Of a DNA stretch of 64,000 bases, positions 26,401 through 41,400 are shown one piece after another. Each line of letters starts with the position of its first letter. The stretch's first letter is position 1. Both the position numbers and the translations under genes were made by a program. Under the pieces are notes generated by a model. That model saw nothing but the letters and a program-made list of their open reading frames with translations. It was not told the origin of the DNA and did not search any database. This stretch comes from Heptranchias perlo (lineage: Eukaryota): positions 8,246,001-8,310,000 of the forward strand of contig NC_090361.1 of assembly GCF_035084215.1 (NCBI RefSeq). The letters are read 5' to 3'.

Positions 26401-29400
26401 CATGGATACTATATAAACTGGTCAAGATATATGCTGCTCACAACAAAAGTAGCCAATATTTGAGGAAAAGGCCAGTTTATGCATGCAGCAAAGGGGCTAG
26501 TATTAATTTGCCTAAAATAAAAACAGGAAATGCTCAGCAAGGCAATCAGCATCTGAAAGAGAAAGGCAAGTTATGGTTAGGGTAGAACCCTTAATCAGAA
26601 ATCTCCTGTGCATTTCTAGAAATATGTTTATTTCAGGCTTCCTGCACTCGCTGTTCTTCTTTCTGACTCAGTTAATTTGTGCAACATTTTCATTTGGGTG
26701 TAGCAGCTTCATAAATAGTATGTCCCCAAAGCAAAGGCTATTTGTCTCCACTGTTTCCGTCTGATCCATAAACGGTATTGATGTAAGTGTCACCGTCACG
26801 TCCTGTTATGTGTCAGGGTGCGAGGGAGCACTAAGTACAAAAACACACGTGCTACTAATCTGCATTTCCCTCACCTAAAAGCTGCTTAGTTGGGATGAAA
26901 CCTGAAGCCAGAATGCATCCCAGCAAACAGGTCTCAACCTGCAGCAACTCTGGTTTCATTTTGTATTTGCATTGTGTAAACAAGCATCAGACACCCATAT
27001 GAATTAAATGGTGACACACCGGCAAATTATAAAGAGCAAGACAGCTGTAAATAAAGTAGTGAGGCACCTGCTCGCTCCTCTTGAAGTATGGCCATTTATC
27101 ACAGGTATAACTAAAATGTGTAGACAACTTGCAGCCCCCAATGGTGATCCTGTAGGATTTCATCTTGCGTTTTGTTTCTATAATTGCAGGGACATGCCCC
27201 AAATGAAAACGACACTTGACATTTGATGATTTGTCGGTTTGCATCTAATCGCTGTCGCGACTGTTGCTACCCAACAGGGAATTTTATTATTCTTTTTTAA
27301 AAAAGATGCATGTTTTCACATCTGCTGTCTAAACCAAGTTGTTTTTAAAAAGCAATCAAAAAGCTACCCCAATGGCCCAATGAGTAAAAGCACCAAGTTT
27401 GATATCTCTGCTGAGCTAGTTGATCTCAGCCAGAGCAACAGCTGGAGCACCACAACTGGCCTCAGTGCCAGTAGCCTAAGAAAGAGAAACAAAAGTCAAA
27501 CGGGGCCCTTACTCCCAAGTACTGCGCAATAAATCTAAGTGCACGTGGATATCAAGCAAGGGCAGGTTGGGCTCAGCTGTGATGCCTCCATCAGTTGAAT
27601 AACCTGACAATGGCTGGATACATGAAAAAATGGCTAAAGTGAAGCTGCTACTCCCTACGGAACCATATCCCAGCATGAGAGAAGGAGAAAAATCACGAAC
27701 AAAGAGTGTGTTACACCAGTCCCAAAGTACAATTGCAGGAACCTCCATTATCAGCACTCCAATTGTCCACTGTTCAGTCTATCCACTTATGTGGGATTCT
27801 TGCAAGTTATAGCCTGATAACAGCCCACTAATGTTCACTATTTATGCTGTACTGGCCTTCATTCCTACCACTAGAGTATTGCTGTACCAAATATGCAAGC
27901 CAAAAATTTGGGAACCCTCAGGAATCCAGCAATTTCAATTATCCACCAGAGGGGCTCTTCCATTATGGCTGATAATTGAGCTTCCACTTTAAAACAGACA
28001 AGCTTTATTTCCTTGCAAATAATTAGCTTTTCATCATTCTATCAATCTCTCAGATAAAACATACTATCAGTGCTTTCATACTGCAGGTCACTAACAAGGC
28101 AGACAGGGAAATGCACCTTCTGCTTATACTACCACAAGGTTACTAATAATGCATTTTCAAGCAGTCTAAAGGATTTTTAATATCTGCTTCAAACCCATTT
28201 CATTATTACGCCCATTTTACCTTTGTATTGTTAATCTGACGACCACGTAACCCAAGAATAAATGGCGCTCTCCCGAAGACTCAGGAGTGGGTAAGTCACC
28301 ATATCTGAGACAGGTAGGTCCCAGTTTTGAATCCTAGTTTGTGATGAGGTTGGGTGGGGGGGTTTTTGGGGGGCAGGGGTCTGTATCAGCTGGGATGGTG
28401 AAAGACTTGCTGCAAATTGGCTGCAGCACCACTAACATGGAAGGGGGTCATTAGCCCCATTTCCCAATCCAGACCACTATTCAGGCATCTCCACTGGAAG
28501 GCACTTGTATGGATACTGGCTGAGGGTAGCACGAGCTCAGTTCTGATGCGTCCTGCTGACACTCCATTGAGGTTTAGTTGCGAACAATGACCAACTATAC
28601 ATGGTATCGGAGGGTGACAGTCACTTGTGAACTGTACCCCAGTGAAGGGGTCAACACTCTAAGTAGAGGAAGAGAAAATTGGAAAGATACTTTTGCAAGG
28701 AACATGAAAATATTGCTAGCTGATATAAAGCACACATTTTGTTTTAAGATCTGTGTATGAGTGCACAATTCTATATTCTTACTTTAAAGTAATATTCCAG
28801 AATTCCATAATTTGAGAGCTGAGCACACTGCAGTGAATTGAAGGCAGAAAATTGACAAGAAAAAGAAAAAAAATTGATTGCCAAAAACAGGCATTTTTAC
28901 TTTGCAGACTGGAAAGGTAAAATTTTCATACAATTTTTGGGAATCTTCTCTGAAGTTTCCTTTATCATAGTTTATATTGCATAGAACCAAGGCATGGCTC
29001 AAGTCAATCATAGGAGGAAGATGATATAATAGAAAAGGGCACAGAAAGAAGGAAAGTTGAACAGGCAGGCTGCACAGTCTATAGAGAATGGCATCTAACC
29101 AGATGTTTGTTGGATTGAAGTCCTAAAGCCACCTGTGCAAAAGATCTAAGCTTCAGAGTTGGGAGATGTTTTGTCACTTGAACGTTAGGTCACTCCGTGG
29201 AGCATCTCTCCAGAGAAAGATTCAACTTCCATATGAGGAAAAAAACCACAACTTTTTTTTAAACAAGCTTACCAATGAGCTCCTGTTGATACACGATACA
29301 GCCACTCATTTTTTTCTCTTTAATATAGGGAGGGGAGAGGGAAAGAGAGAGACCAAGTAGAAACGCAGTTATGATATTCTTGGTCTCAATTCAAAGTTGA

Positions 29401-32400
29401 TTAGACCAGTAAAAGACAATTTTTTTTTAAAAACCCATACCATCAATCAGAGCTTGTGTTCCTTCATCATATGCGGGCATTTTCTCTTCATCTGCATCCT
29501 GCTTTGGAAAATATGAGGTGTGTTGGCCCTACAAAGAAAAGGATCATTATTTGTCCAGGACAGTAAGCGACACAATGTGTCAGATGTGAACAAATTCCAA
29601 CAACTCGATTATCTTCAGAGACCAGAGTTTGATCAGCAATACACCAGAGGCCGACTGGTACCCAATCACAATGTGAGTTGTGTCACATGATAATAGAAAA
29701 ATCCAATGTCAGATGCATTTTTGCAATATTTAAACAGCAAGTAAACTAAAATTTTAAAACATGCAGGTGGTTTTCAAAAACACTTGGAAATACATAAATA
29801 TATAAAAATCTGATTTTGTTAAATATATCTCTAATCAAAACTAAAGTTGGACTCAATACCTGATAGTGTATTAGTCTTGTATATGTACTCATATACTTTT
29901 ATAAGAAAAATAAACATTAATAGGTAACTAAGACCTCTGGGACCACACTTAATGAAGGTAGGGCAAAAAAAAATTAATGTAAAATTCAATGCATTTATTA
30001 ACAAACCAGGACTATGTTTAAAAGACTCCAGCAGCAAAATGGTAACAGCAACTGACTCACTGCTTTGAAATGCATTTCCCAGAGAAGCATTAGAGATTGT
30101 CTTAATAGTTTCTCAAAGTACTGTAAAGTATTGCTAATTGCACTAAATTATTGGATGGAGTCTTCCCCCCCCCCCCCCCTAAAATGATTGTGAAATAAAT
30201 ATTGCAAGTGTTAAATATTAACCATAATATGGTAAAAATATCTAAAAATGTCACCAGCCAGAATGAACACAGAATGTGGGAATGGTTTTTAAACATATGC
30301 CCGTTCATCTCAAGGCTCCTGTCCTGGTTATAAAAATGTTCAAATTTCACTCGCTTAAGTTTGTCATCTGAACCTCCAAGTGAGATTGCCTTGTAACCAA
30401 TCCTGGGCACTCATTCTTTATACTTTTATTTTTTTTGAAAAGAGAGCAATTTACTCTCTATGTGCCAGTTTCCTCCCTCCTTTCCCGAGGGTATTCACAC
30501 TGTGCCAGTGTAGGCACTCCGAGTGCTGGGCATCCTTCAGCACCTCCCCCAAGAGGCCACTTTCAATGTGGTGTTCTTGTTATGTGTAAGCCGAGAAGGT
30601 GAGTGGCAGCTGAGGGAATGCTGCACTGTCGGATGTGCCATCTTTCAGCTGAGAAGTTAAACCAAGTTTGCCCTCTCAGGAGGACGTAAAAGATTCCATG
30701 ACACTATTTCGAAGAAGAGCAGGAGAGTTCTCCCCAGTGACCTGGCCAATGTTGAGCTTCTCAACCAACATCATTAAAACAAATTACCTCATTGCTGTTT
30801 GCGGGACCTTGCTGTGCGCAAATTGGCTGACACGTTTCCTACATTACAACTGTGACTACACTTCAAAACTTATTGGCTGTAAAGTGCTTTGGGATGTCCT
30901 GAGGTTATGAAAGGAGCTATATAAATGCAAGTCTGTCTTTCTTTTTAATGGTTTAGCACTGCACCATACTGACCAGGAAGCTCTGGGTTTCATTCCTCAG
31001 TCTGCGCTGAATTGGTGGACTCCGCTGGTGCAGTAGTTGTGGTGCTACAATTGGCATTTGCACCGTCGGGCTAGGGAGCTGGGGAGGAAAAAAAAACAGC
31101 CAGGATTCCAGCTCCCGATGCTGTTCAGTAACCCCTGCTGGAAAGTGCGTGTGTGGCCGTCTGCCGAGAACAGAATCAAGCTCCACTGTGAAGAGCCTGC
31201 CAACACACAAGCAGTCGCTGTGTGGTGGGATTGGGGCTTTTAGAGAGCTTTCTGGACATGGTGGAACTGAGAGTCAGCAGCTTCAGTAGTGGTGGTGAGC
31301 AAATTTGGTGGGGGGTAGGTGTCTGGACAGATGGCATGGATTTACAGTGTAATTTTTTTGACATCTGCAAAGGGTACTGCATGAAAGGCACTCAAAACTG
31401 CCTCTAATTCAATAAATTTAACTGCGGGGTTCAAATGCAGAATTACAAGCAGGGTTGATGTGAGCAAAGAAAGGCTACTAATACTTCTATTTTCATAGGG
31501 ATCATGTTCCACTTTCAGTTAACAAAACTGGACATGACAGATATGGTGAAAATTCCCATGGATATTCAGGTACCTTATGCTAGTACTTTTTTTTCTTCAA
31601 AGGATCACCCTCAGGCACTCATTTGAATTATTATATAAAACCGAATTACTGACTGGGAGTGAATTCAAAACGAGATTTTTCAATTCATATTGAACTGTAA
31701 CAATAATCACAATGAATTGGCTGCTCAGGGGATTGAGATTTATAAGAGAGAACCCACTCCATCACTCATGTAGTTATATTTGATGGTAGCTAAGAAAACA
31801 CTCGGAATTTTCAGCTTTGTTAGTCAGTACTGGAGTCATCGGTGAGCTTTCCATGCTGTGCACTGCACAAACACTGAGCTTAAAGTAGGAACAGCATAAA
31901 CACCATTTTTATTTTGAAAACCTTCCATTACAAATCGACAGGCATGCACAAAATAGGCAGATTCCTCACAGGAAGGGAGGAGAGGGAGAAAAGATTCAAG
32001 TATGAATCCAGGCTCCAGGGAACGGAAAATGACATGGGAGCACTTTGATTTTTAAAGTGACCAAATGCCCTATTTTTCTCTCCAGACCGTCATGCACCAA
32101 CAGTTGGGACAGACAGGGCGATGGTATAGGAGAACAGAACCCTGCATTAGGGCATCCAGCCTGTAGCAATGCTGCTAGGTGCTGAAGGAATACCACAGGA
32201 TTTTTAAAAATCCTGTTTTGGAGCCGGGGGTGGGGCGAAAAAAGAGAGGAGGAGGAGGAGATGGAATCTGCACCAGGTTGGCTCTCCAATATGCAGATGA
32301 GAATGAGAGACTGAGTGAAAAAGAGAAAGAATACTGCACAAGTATATCAAGGAGGAGCTCGAGCTTAGGAGTAGTCCATTACTGACATCAGTTGCCATTT

Positions 32401-35400
32401 AGTTGGCAAAGTACAATTTTTCTTTTTGTGGATTAGCTGTGCAGCACCTGTGAGGTCTTTTTTTTTGTTCCTACTGCCGACAAGCCAGAATGCTTAGGGG
32501 CAGTCACAGCAAGGCAGCTGCCATGGTTACAGTTAGTGCTTGCTGACTGAAAGAGCGAATGCTCAACGACTGGTGATACGTGGCAAACTAGCTCCAGCTG
32601 GACCATTATCTCACACACAGTATATATCCTCTGCTGTTTTGGGCCCGATATACTGTGTAATATTCCCAAGTGAATTAAATGCGCCCAATTTTTATATATT
32701 TAAATCCTGTTGCATAAGCCAACTACCCCACTTTTCATTAATTACCTTATAATCATCTTCTCCATCATCATCCTCCTCCTCCTCTTCATCATCAACATTG
32801 TCATCATCTTGCTCCTCACCACCACCACCACCATCATCATCATGGTCATCGTCATCCTTCCTCCATTCTTCATGGCGCAATTTAGGATGGCTGTCTGCTT
32901 CCTCTTCCACAGGAATGTCTGGGGGAGTTGGGCTCTCCATTACTGCCTGTCAGAGCAAAGGCAAAGGTGGCCAGAAATGTTTGAACAGAAAGCCTGTAGC
33001 TCAGCAAGAGGTACAAACAATGCAGTTAAAATGCAGATGCACTAAACTAAAATTTTTGAAGGCTTGAGCGCCATCTCCCCTGATGGCCTAATAGGTAAAG
33101 GTCCCTGCCAGTGTATGATTAAGGCATACGAGGCAGAAAGTCCCAGGTTTGACTCTCTGGGTGTGCTGAGTTAGCTGATCTCAGCAGTTAACAATCAATC
33201 AGAGCACTATAATTGGTCTCAGCGCCTATATTAGGAAAGAGAAAAAATACAACAGAACTCCCACGCCCAATTGCTGTCCAGCGGCTCCAACATGCGTGCG
33301 CATGTCAGATGGGAACAAATCAGGCATGGCTATGATGCTCTCCATGTCCAAACAGCCTCCTAACCATGATCATCTCATCTCATACTTGTCGATCAGCCAT
33401 ATGATTGAGGTACCACAGGGAAGCCAGCATCCAGAGAACCATAGCCTAACAAGAAACAACATAATGCGTGCACAGCATACATAGCAAATTTAATACATCA
33501 GACAGCTATAAGTGGAGTTTATTTTATCCAATTTGTATTCTAATGAATTTCACCAACCTCAGACTTGTACTTGTCCTGGATACCTGCCCAGACCTCCTCC
33601 TGGAAGCTGGCAACGTCAACCTGATTGGCACCTCCCAGTAGAGTCTGTAGGAAAACATTTCATTTCTTTTTCAGTTCATATATAGTTAGATATTTAATTA
33701 CGATACATAATTGTTCACCTCTGTCAACATCCACTTTAATCACTTTATTTTTCCCAGGAACCAAGCTTTGCCATATTAAAGTTACAATTTAGCAACCTCT
33801 GACTCCTCTCATTCTTGAGACTTCTGCAAAATGAAAGACACCTTGCAATTCTCTATTTCTCGCATTCCATCTTTCAGTATACAACATTAAAAAATTGCAC
33901 TGTCATTTTTGCAGATATAACACGATAGGAAACTTCGTGTATTTTGAAAGCTGCGGGAAAAAAGGAAATTCAGTACTCAGAGCAGTCTGCCTACAACCTG
34001 CATATCATAAGGCTGGCCTGGGAGCCATATACTCAGGAGAATTTTCTGTTTTGGGAGAGTTGGGAGACAGCATGCAGATGACAGCACATGCACGAGAAAG
34101 AGTGTACGGCAAATGAGAGGACAGAAAAAATTAGCAGTAATGGAAGAAATTTGCAGCAGAGGGGCAAAACGTGATCCTGGGCTTTATAAATAGAGGCATA
34201 GAGTACAAAAATATGGTAGTCATTATGAACCTTTATAAAACACTGGTTTCGCCACAACTGGAGTATTGCATCCAGTTCCGGGCACCGCACTTTAGGAAAG
34301 ATGTGAAGGCCTTCGAGAAGGTGCAGACGAGATTTACTAGAATGATTCCAGGGATGAGGGGCTTTAGTTAGGTGGATAGACTGGAGAAGCTGGGGTTGTT
34401 CGCCTTGGAACAGAGAAGGTTGCGAGGGAATTTGATAGACGGATTCAAAATCATGAAGGGCCAAGAGAGAGTAGATAGAGAGAAACTGTTCCCATTGGCG
34501 GAAGGGTAAAGAACCAGAGGACATAGATTTAAGGTGATTGGCAAAAGAACCAAAGGTGATATGAGGAAAAACTTTTTTTTTTTTACACGAGTGGTTAGGA
34601 TCTGGAATGCACTGCTAGAGGGGGCGGTGGAGGCAGATTCAATCATGGCCTTCAAAAGGGAACGGGATAAGTACTTGAAAGGAAAAAATTTGCAGGGCTG
34701 CAGGGATAGGGCGGGGGAGCGGGACTAGCTGGATTGCTCTTGCATTGAGGCGGCGCAGACTCGATGGGCCGAACGGCCTCCTTCTGTGCTGTAACCTTTC
34801 TATGATTCTAAAAGCCATCTGATTTGGATCAGCTCAGTAATTCTAGTGACTGAGCACTCAAGTCCTATTTGGAAGGTCCAGCTTCAAACAGCAACCTCAA
34901 ATGAATATCAGGCTTATTTCTCCATGTCACTTTCGCCAAACCTACGCTGTAATTAACAATTTTCACAGCAGTGAGGGAAGGAAAGGAAGAAGCAAAGGTT
35001 GGAAAGAATCAGAAGACCAATTCCAACCTGCAAAGGCTGCTGTTAGCCAACAGAGGGCAGCACTAACATAGCAACAAAGACCGAGTTACATCAAGTTTAC
35101 AGCACGTAAACAGGCCATTCGGCCCAACTGGTCTACGTCGGCGTTTATGCTCCGAAACGAGCCTCCTCCCTCCCTATTTCATCTAACCCTATTCAGCATT
35201 CCCTCCTATTCCTTTCTCCCTCGTGTGCTTATCGAGCTTCCCTTTAAATGCATCTGTGCTATTTGCCTCAAACACTCCTTGTGGTAGCGTGTTCCACATT
35301 CTTACCACCGTTTGGACACATAGTCCAGATCCATCACCTTCACCCTCTCCCTATTCCTGAACTGAAGAAGAATAGCGTGAAAGAACAATCGAAGATTAAG

Positions 35401-38400
35401 CTGTAGCAAAGCTATAAAAACATTATTTTTTTGTACCTTGGCTTCTTGCTCAGATACTACACCATCTCCATCGCTGTCTAACTCCGTGTGAGTCTGAATT
35501 TCATTCAATGAAACTCTGAAATGGAAAAACAGAACTCCATTCACTTTTTCCTTTCCTTTATAGAGAGAAGCTAATACACTATTGGTGTATTATGTTAGAG
35601 GACCCCAGCACATAATTTCTAAACCAAACATGAGCTGGGTTGGAATAGAGGCAAAAAATCAATTCATCCAAATTGTAATGCTAAGATTATGGCCTCTAAT
35701 CTTGGGTACTAACCTCACCAGGAATTTAATATGGGAAGAATACAGAATACAGGAGAAAAAGCTTTGTGGTTCTTTTCTCCTCTTGAATTCTACTAATCCT
35801 TTCTTGATTCCAGCTTCTTGCCCAAAGGTAATTACTTCATTAAGTAAGGCAGCAGACTGTAGACTTTTCCCAAGAATACGCTCAATTTTACTTCCTACAA
35901 TTGAGAGATATGCCATTTCATTTTGTTTTTCTTCAATACGTGCCAATCATAGACACAGTGGTGCAGCACAACCAAACGAGTTGAACCACTTGCAATTTAT
36001 TCAGCGTGGGGAAGAAAAAAAAAAGAGAAAGCTATTTCTACATTACCAGAACATGTTTTTAAAAACAAGCTCGAAAAAAACTGAGGGATTCTAAGCAAGT
36101 CAAAGTACCACTGGTGTAGACCCAGTCATCTTAGATTTGGTGAGCTTGCTTAAAAAGATTATGCAGAAGATTTGTGAATTTTAAGCAGGAATAAACACTG
36201 CAGCCATTTTGGGCAATGTTCCACTCAAGGTAGAAGCTTGGGGAGAATCAGGGAAGATGACCAGTGATCGGTGACTAATGCGTTTAAGAGACTTTTTTTT
36301 AAAATAAAAAGTGTAAAAGGGGCAATCAGAACACAAACTGATAAACTCACAAGCCATCTTCATTATCATCCAGTTCCTTGAAGGTTTCAGCAGCCTTAGC
36401 TTTCTCCCTCTCCAACTTCCGTGCAGCTTGGACCTCTGAAAAGAAAAGGCATATTAGGAGCCACCCAAAGCAAATTCGGGAATATGTGGCCAAGCCCCAC
36501 AAAAAAAAAGCAAGCCTACCATATACATTATAACCACAAATAAAGTCAAGGCCACTCATACCCTGCTGTGTGATTTTTTTAAGTATCAGCTCTTCTATTG
36601 TTTTTTTTCTGCCACATCTTAATTGCTTATTACTAGGGAGGTCAAAATATTGTGACAGTACAGATTACAATAAATCTGGGTATGCCATCATAAAATAACC
36701 CACAATAATAGTCCTTTGTCAACATCTAAAGGCATCAATACTCTTTAGTGAACATTCCCACTTCAAGGACATGTAGTATAGTGACAGCTGCAGCCAATAC
36801 AAAAAAAGCTACTAAAATTGAATTGAAAAATAACAAAAGAAAACCACACAGATCAGAGGGAGTTCAAGGCCATATTACAATCTTGGTTTAGATGCTGATT
36901 TTAAGACCACTCAACCTTCACTCCTGCAGTTTAGGATGTCATCTGAAACCCCCTCGATTATACTGCAACCACAGCTGTTTGGCCAGGTATTCATTGTGCG
37001 CTATCTGTACAAACATGCTATGCCACAGTACTGAATCATATTCTCCCTGCACAGTGGAGTGATGGTTCACACAAGTTTAAAAATAATTTGCTTGCATGAA
37101 TTATTTATTAGCTGGCAAGCTGCTCTTAGTTTTCTAGAGCACAAGAGGCACGCGAGGATTTGAGGAATCTTTTATTTGATGAGTAAAGAGAAGCTCTTAC
37201 CAGTGACAGTGATTTCCAGGCATTCTCTCACTAATGCAAATGGAATCAGTTGCTCAGTTTTGTAAAGGTCTTTCATAACAAAGACAAAACAGCAGTAACT
37301 TGTCACTGCCAAACTGTAGAAACACACTATACCAACCAAGAGATATCCCTCCTCAGTCACACAGTTAGGAGTACCAGAGCCACTCATTCAGCAAGAGATG
37401 GCTAGCTGTTACAAGCTAGCTACACAACTGAGGGGAGAACAACAGAGAAACTGCAAATAAAGAGTGCAATAGAGTCCAAGCGCTATCGAGACGGAGAAGA
37501 CGACAAAGAGAAAAGTGGAAGAGGCGAGAGAATAGGAAGAGAAAAAGAGAGAGACAAAGCAAAAGATTGATTTCTGTGTGTAACCCTGTTTAAGTTTAAG
37601 CCTCAATGTTAACATATATTTCTCTTTCAGATCCTCTCAGACCTGTGCATTTCCAAGCATCGACTGTATTATACAAAAACAAGGGGCTCATTGAAGTGAA
37701 ATTTCTGATTTGTGGCTACATATAAACAGCAACACGTGTGACATGAACTCACACACGACCATCCCTTACTAAATGTGTGATCGAAATATAAAGCGATTAG
37801 TGGCCATCAAACAATTTTCATTTTGTTTTTTCTTGCAAGGTCATTGCTTCACGATTGTAAGTTGGTTTATTTCCGCCCACCCCACTTTACAGTTCACAAT
37901 ACATTTTTCTTGCACCACTCCCCAGCAAAGAGCACACACAAGGGGCTCCCAGGATTCTGCAAGCACCGCTCTTACTGCAAGGGTTGCAGGGGTCATCCTT
38001 AATCTTGCCGTCTGAGTAGGGAAGACCTTCACCTTCAACCTCCGCCACTCAATCAGCTTGGTTGAGATTGGGAACTTGCCAGGTGTGAAACCTGGAGGGG
38101 TATGGCATATACTTCTATCCTACCACTCCATGCAGTACAACATTTTGCTGGTAAACTAACACTTTGTTGATGTGCCTACAGTTTTTAAATCAAATGGGAA
38201 CAATACTATTTTGTTGTTGGTGCTGATGTACTTTGAAAAACTGTACGCAAGCAGGTTTTATCTACAAGACTGCAGAAGGCATTTACATCTAACTCACACA
38301 GATAACAGGACAGAGCTGAACATCAATCTCTAAAGATAAGCAGTAAGGCACAAGATTATGTAACTGTACTGAACTCATTTTCAATATTCTGTGAAGGCAG

Positions 38401-41400
38401 AGGTGACAACTGTTAGCCAAATTCACAAATGCACTGATTTTTTTTATCAATGATAAAAAGAGGGGAAGATAATATTTTGCAAGGTAATATTGTGTCAGAG
38501 GGGCAAACAGTTGAGTTTAGCACCACCGTCTGGATAGAAATATAATGTATCTGGAGTTCTGATAAGTAATTTCAGCTGACTGCTCCCCCCAGTGGCTCAG
38601 TGAGCATTTCCAATGAGCAGCATACAAACAAGGAAAGTCCCAGATTCAATGCCCTATCTATGCTGAGTTGGTTGATTGCACAAGAGACAACTGACCACTG
38701 GGTTTGTGAGACAGGGAAAAAAAATGCTCACTCATGACTGCTACTGAGAGAATACTTGCATCACAACAGGATTGTCCTTAGCTGTGATGCCCTCCACAGT
38801 GGAACAGACTGCTAATACTCACCATCAAGGTCCACACATCTATCGATTGGGCAAGGTACTACAGGATAATCACTGCTTGTGGAACCCTACCCCCAAAAGT
38901 ATTTATGTCTTCAGCAGAGGAAGGGAAGGAATTGGGGAGAACAAAACCAGGACGTTCAAGAATGCATCAGCTGTTTTGAAGCACAGGCAGATATTTTTGC
39001 ACATACTTAGCACTGCATTGTATTCCAGAGGGGAGGGAATTTTCATCCAAGGGAAATGGGGGGAGGTCACAATTTGCGCTCAATGTCCCCCAGCAGGGAA
39101 AGCAGAGATAGGCCATTTTGCTGAGAAACTGCAGGGAACATTCACATTTTGGTTTAAAAACAATAGTGTTCTCAATTTGTACACAAAAACACTCGAGCAT
39201 ACTGGGCCCTTCAGAACATGTTTATAAAATATTTGTGCTCCCTCAATGGCAGCACCTAATATACTACTAGATCAGGCAGACCAGAGGTCCCAGGTTCAAT
39301 TCCTGGTCTGTGATGAGTTAGCTAATCTCAACTGGGGCAATCGTTGAGGTGCTACAATTGGTAATAGTGATTTGGGCTAGGAAGGGGACAGAAATTATCT
39401 ACACCTGATTGCTAACCAGTGACCCTTGCTGAAGAGTGTCTGTGCACATATGCTGTGCAAGGAAAGGTTCAAGCCCTGCTGCAATGCCCTCCCATTGTCA
39501 ACTATCCTGCCTAGGATTACGGATGAAGAACAGCACCATGGGCCAAGTACTGGAGGGCTGCTGAAATCTACAGAATCACATCTTTGCAACAGGAGAGAAG
39601 GGATAAGGCTGACTAGTTTAGGAAAACCACCCTCCAGAAATGTGTCGTTTTTCCACTAATTTTTGTGTTTCTATTCACTGCAAATGGAATCACTCAAATT
39701 TTACAAAAGTGAAACCAGATATGGCATATCCATTGAATATCAAACTTAATTCTGACTTCAACTTGTGTAAAACAATCGCAAATACTCAAATGCTTAATCT
39801 TAATTTTGAAATCTACACAAACATCAAATACAAAGACAGCACTTCATAAAACAGTAATGCTGGAAAGCTCCTGTGCATGGTGCTGCTGAGCTAGTTAAGA
39901 AAAAGTTCTGAGCAGTGCCACAAATTAGTTGAGTGATAGCCTCTGGCATCGCTCGTGGGGAAAATCTGTGAAGAGTTGCCATGGTGGTGGAGCTGAGGAG
40001 GTCAATGGCAAGGCCAAGTTTGTCACACTATTGGTGTGTTTCATTGCCTCTGAAGAATTAACAATCCTGAGTAATAATTGGAACCTTGTGAAATGATGAA
40101 TAACTAGCTGCTAATAATTAAAATGGTAAGTATATATTTTTAAGTAGAATTTGAAAGCAGCATTGAAAATTAAATTCAGGCATGTAGAAATATTTTACTA
40201 ACCCAAGTTAGATTTGTTGATAGGCTTTAACGTTGTCATTTGCCTTACCGTTGCACAAATGATCTTGAGGATCGGCACTTTCCTGGCCAATGTGCATTTA
40301 ATGGTGACTGTGGGAGTCAGGGCCAGGAGGAACATAGGAACAGGGGTAGGCCATTCAGCCCCTTCAGCCTGTTACATCATTCAATGAGATCATGGCCGAT
40401 CTGTATCTTAACTCCATTTACCCGCCTTGGCTCCATATCCCATAATGCCCTTGGCTATTAAAAACCCGTCGATCTCAAGATTTAAAATTATTAATTGAGC
40501 TAGCATCTACTGCTTTTTGTGGGAGCATTCCACACTACTACCACCCTTTGCGTGAAGAAGTGTTTCCTAACTTCTCTACGTGTTCATGTATTAGAATCAA
40601 CAAACCAGATGTAAGTGGAAGAAACTTGGTTAGATTTGAATATGCTTGGGGCCATTTATAATACATCTCATTATGATTAAGTGTAACTGCGAAATGTGAC
40701 AGAAAAGTTGAGGGAAGTGTTACTTAGGGAAGTGTTACTTCAGGAAGTGTGCACCATACACAAGACTTCTAATACATTTGCAAAATTGTTCAGGGCTTCA
40801 AACCAATCGAGACATGGGCAGATCTAGCAAATTATTGTTGCAAGTAGGCTTGCAAGTGCATCCAGATGTTTGCACGTTTGGACAGCTTTCCATTTAACTT
40901 GTTCATTGGGACATATGTAATGAAGTGTAAACATTTAAAACAATTGAAACAGATAATCTTTGTAGTTATAGACTGTTGAGAATCACGTAGATCGTTACAA
41001 GAACTACCTAGCCTATTACCTCAGGCAAATTAGACAATCCTACTCCTCGTATTTGAGAGGTGCGCAAGATTGAATACAACCATTCAAAAATAAATAAATG
41101 CTTTAAAAAAGTACAACCAGGCTCAGATGGTAAGCCCAGGGTAGCTTAGCCTTAAAAGACCAGAAGGTAAGAGATTTGATTTCCAAAGTCCAAACTCATC
41201 TCAGCCAGGTTAGCAGTGAAGGTACAGTTGATCTCAGCATTTCTGGATCAGGAAAGAAAATTTTAAAACCACTAGGGATCCCTATTGCAATCCAGTGGGC
41301 CCTGCTGGAAGTGCATGTATGTGGATATTGGGTCAGGGCAGGATCACGCTTGGAAGTGACGCACATCAGCCCAGCTATGCTCACTGACCAGGTCGACATA

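Noticed and set aside
32720-32745. Alternative exon-11 donor adding 7 aa, as in the mammalian splice variant
   Set aside because: No GT at +21; the nearby GT at +19 would shift the frame.
35582-36094. 170-aa plus-strand ORF in intron 8
   Set aside because: Non-ATG start, AT-rich, no domain, antisense to PRKCSH.
39866-39890. REST/NRSE-like motif CTGTGCATGGTGCTG
   Set aside because: Mismatch in the core CC and poor flanks.
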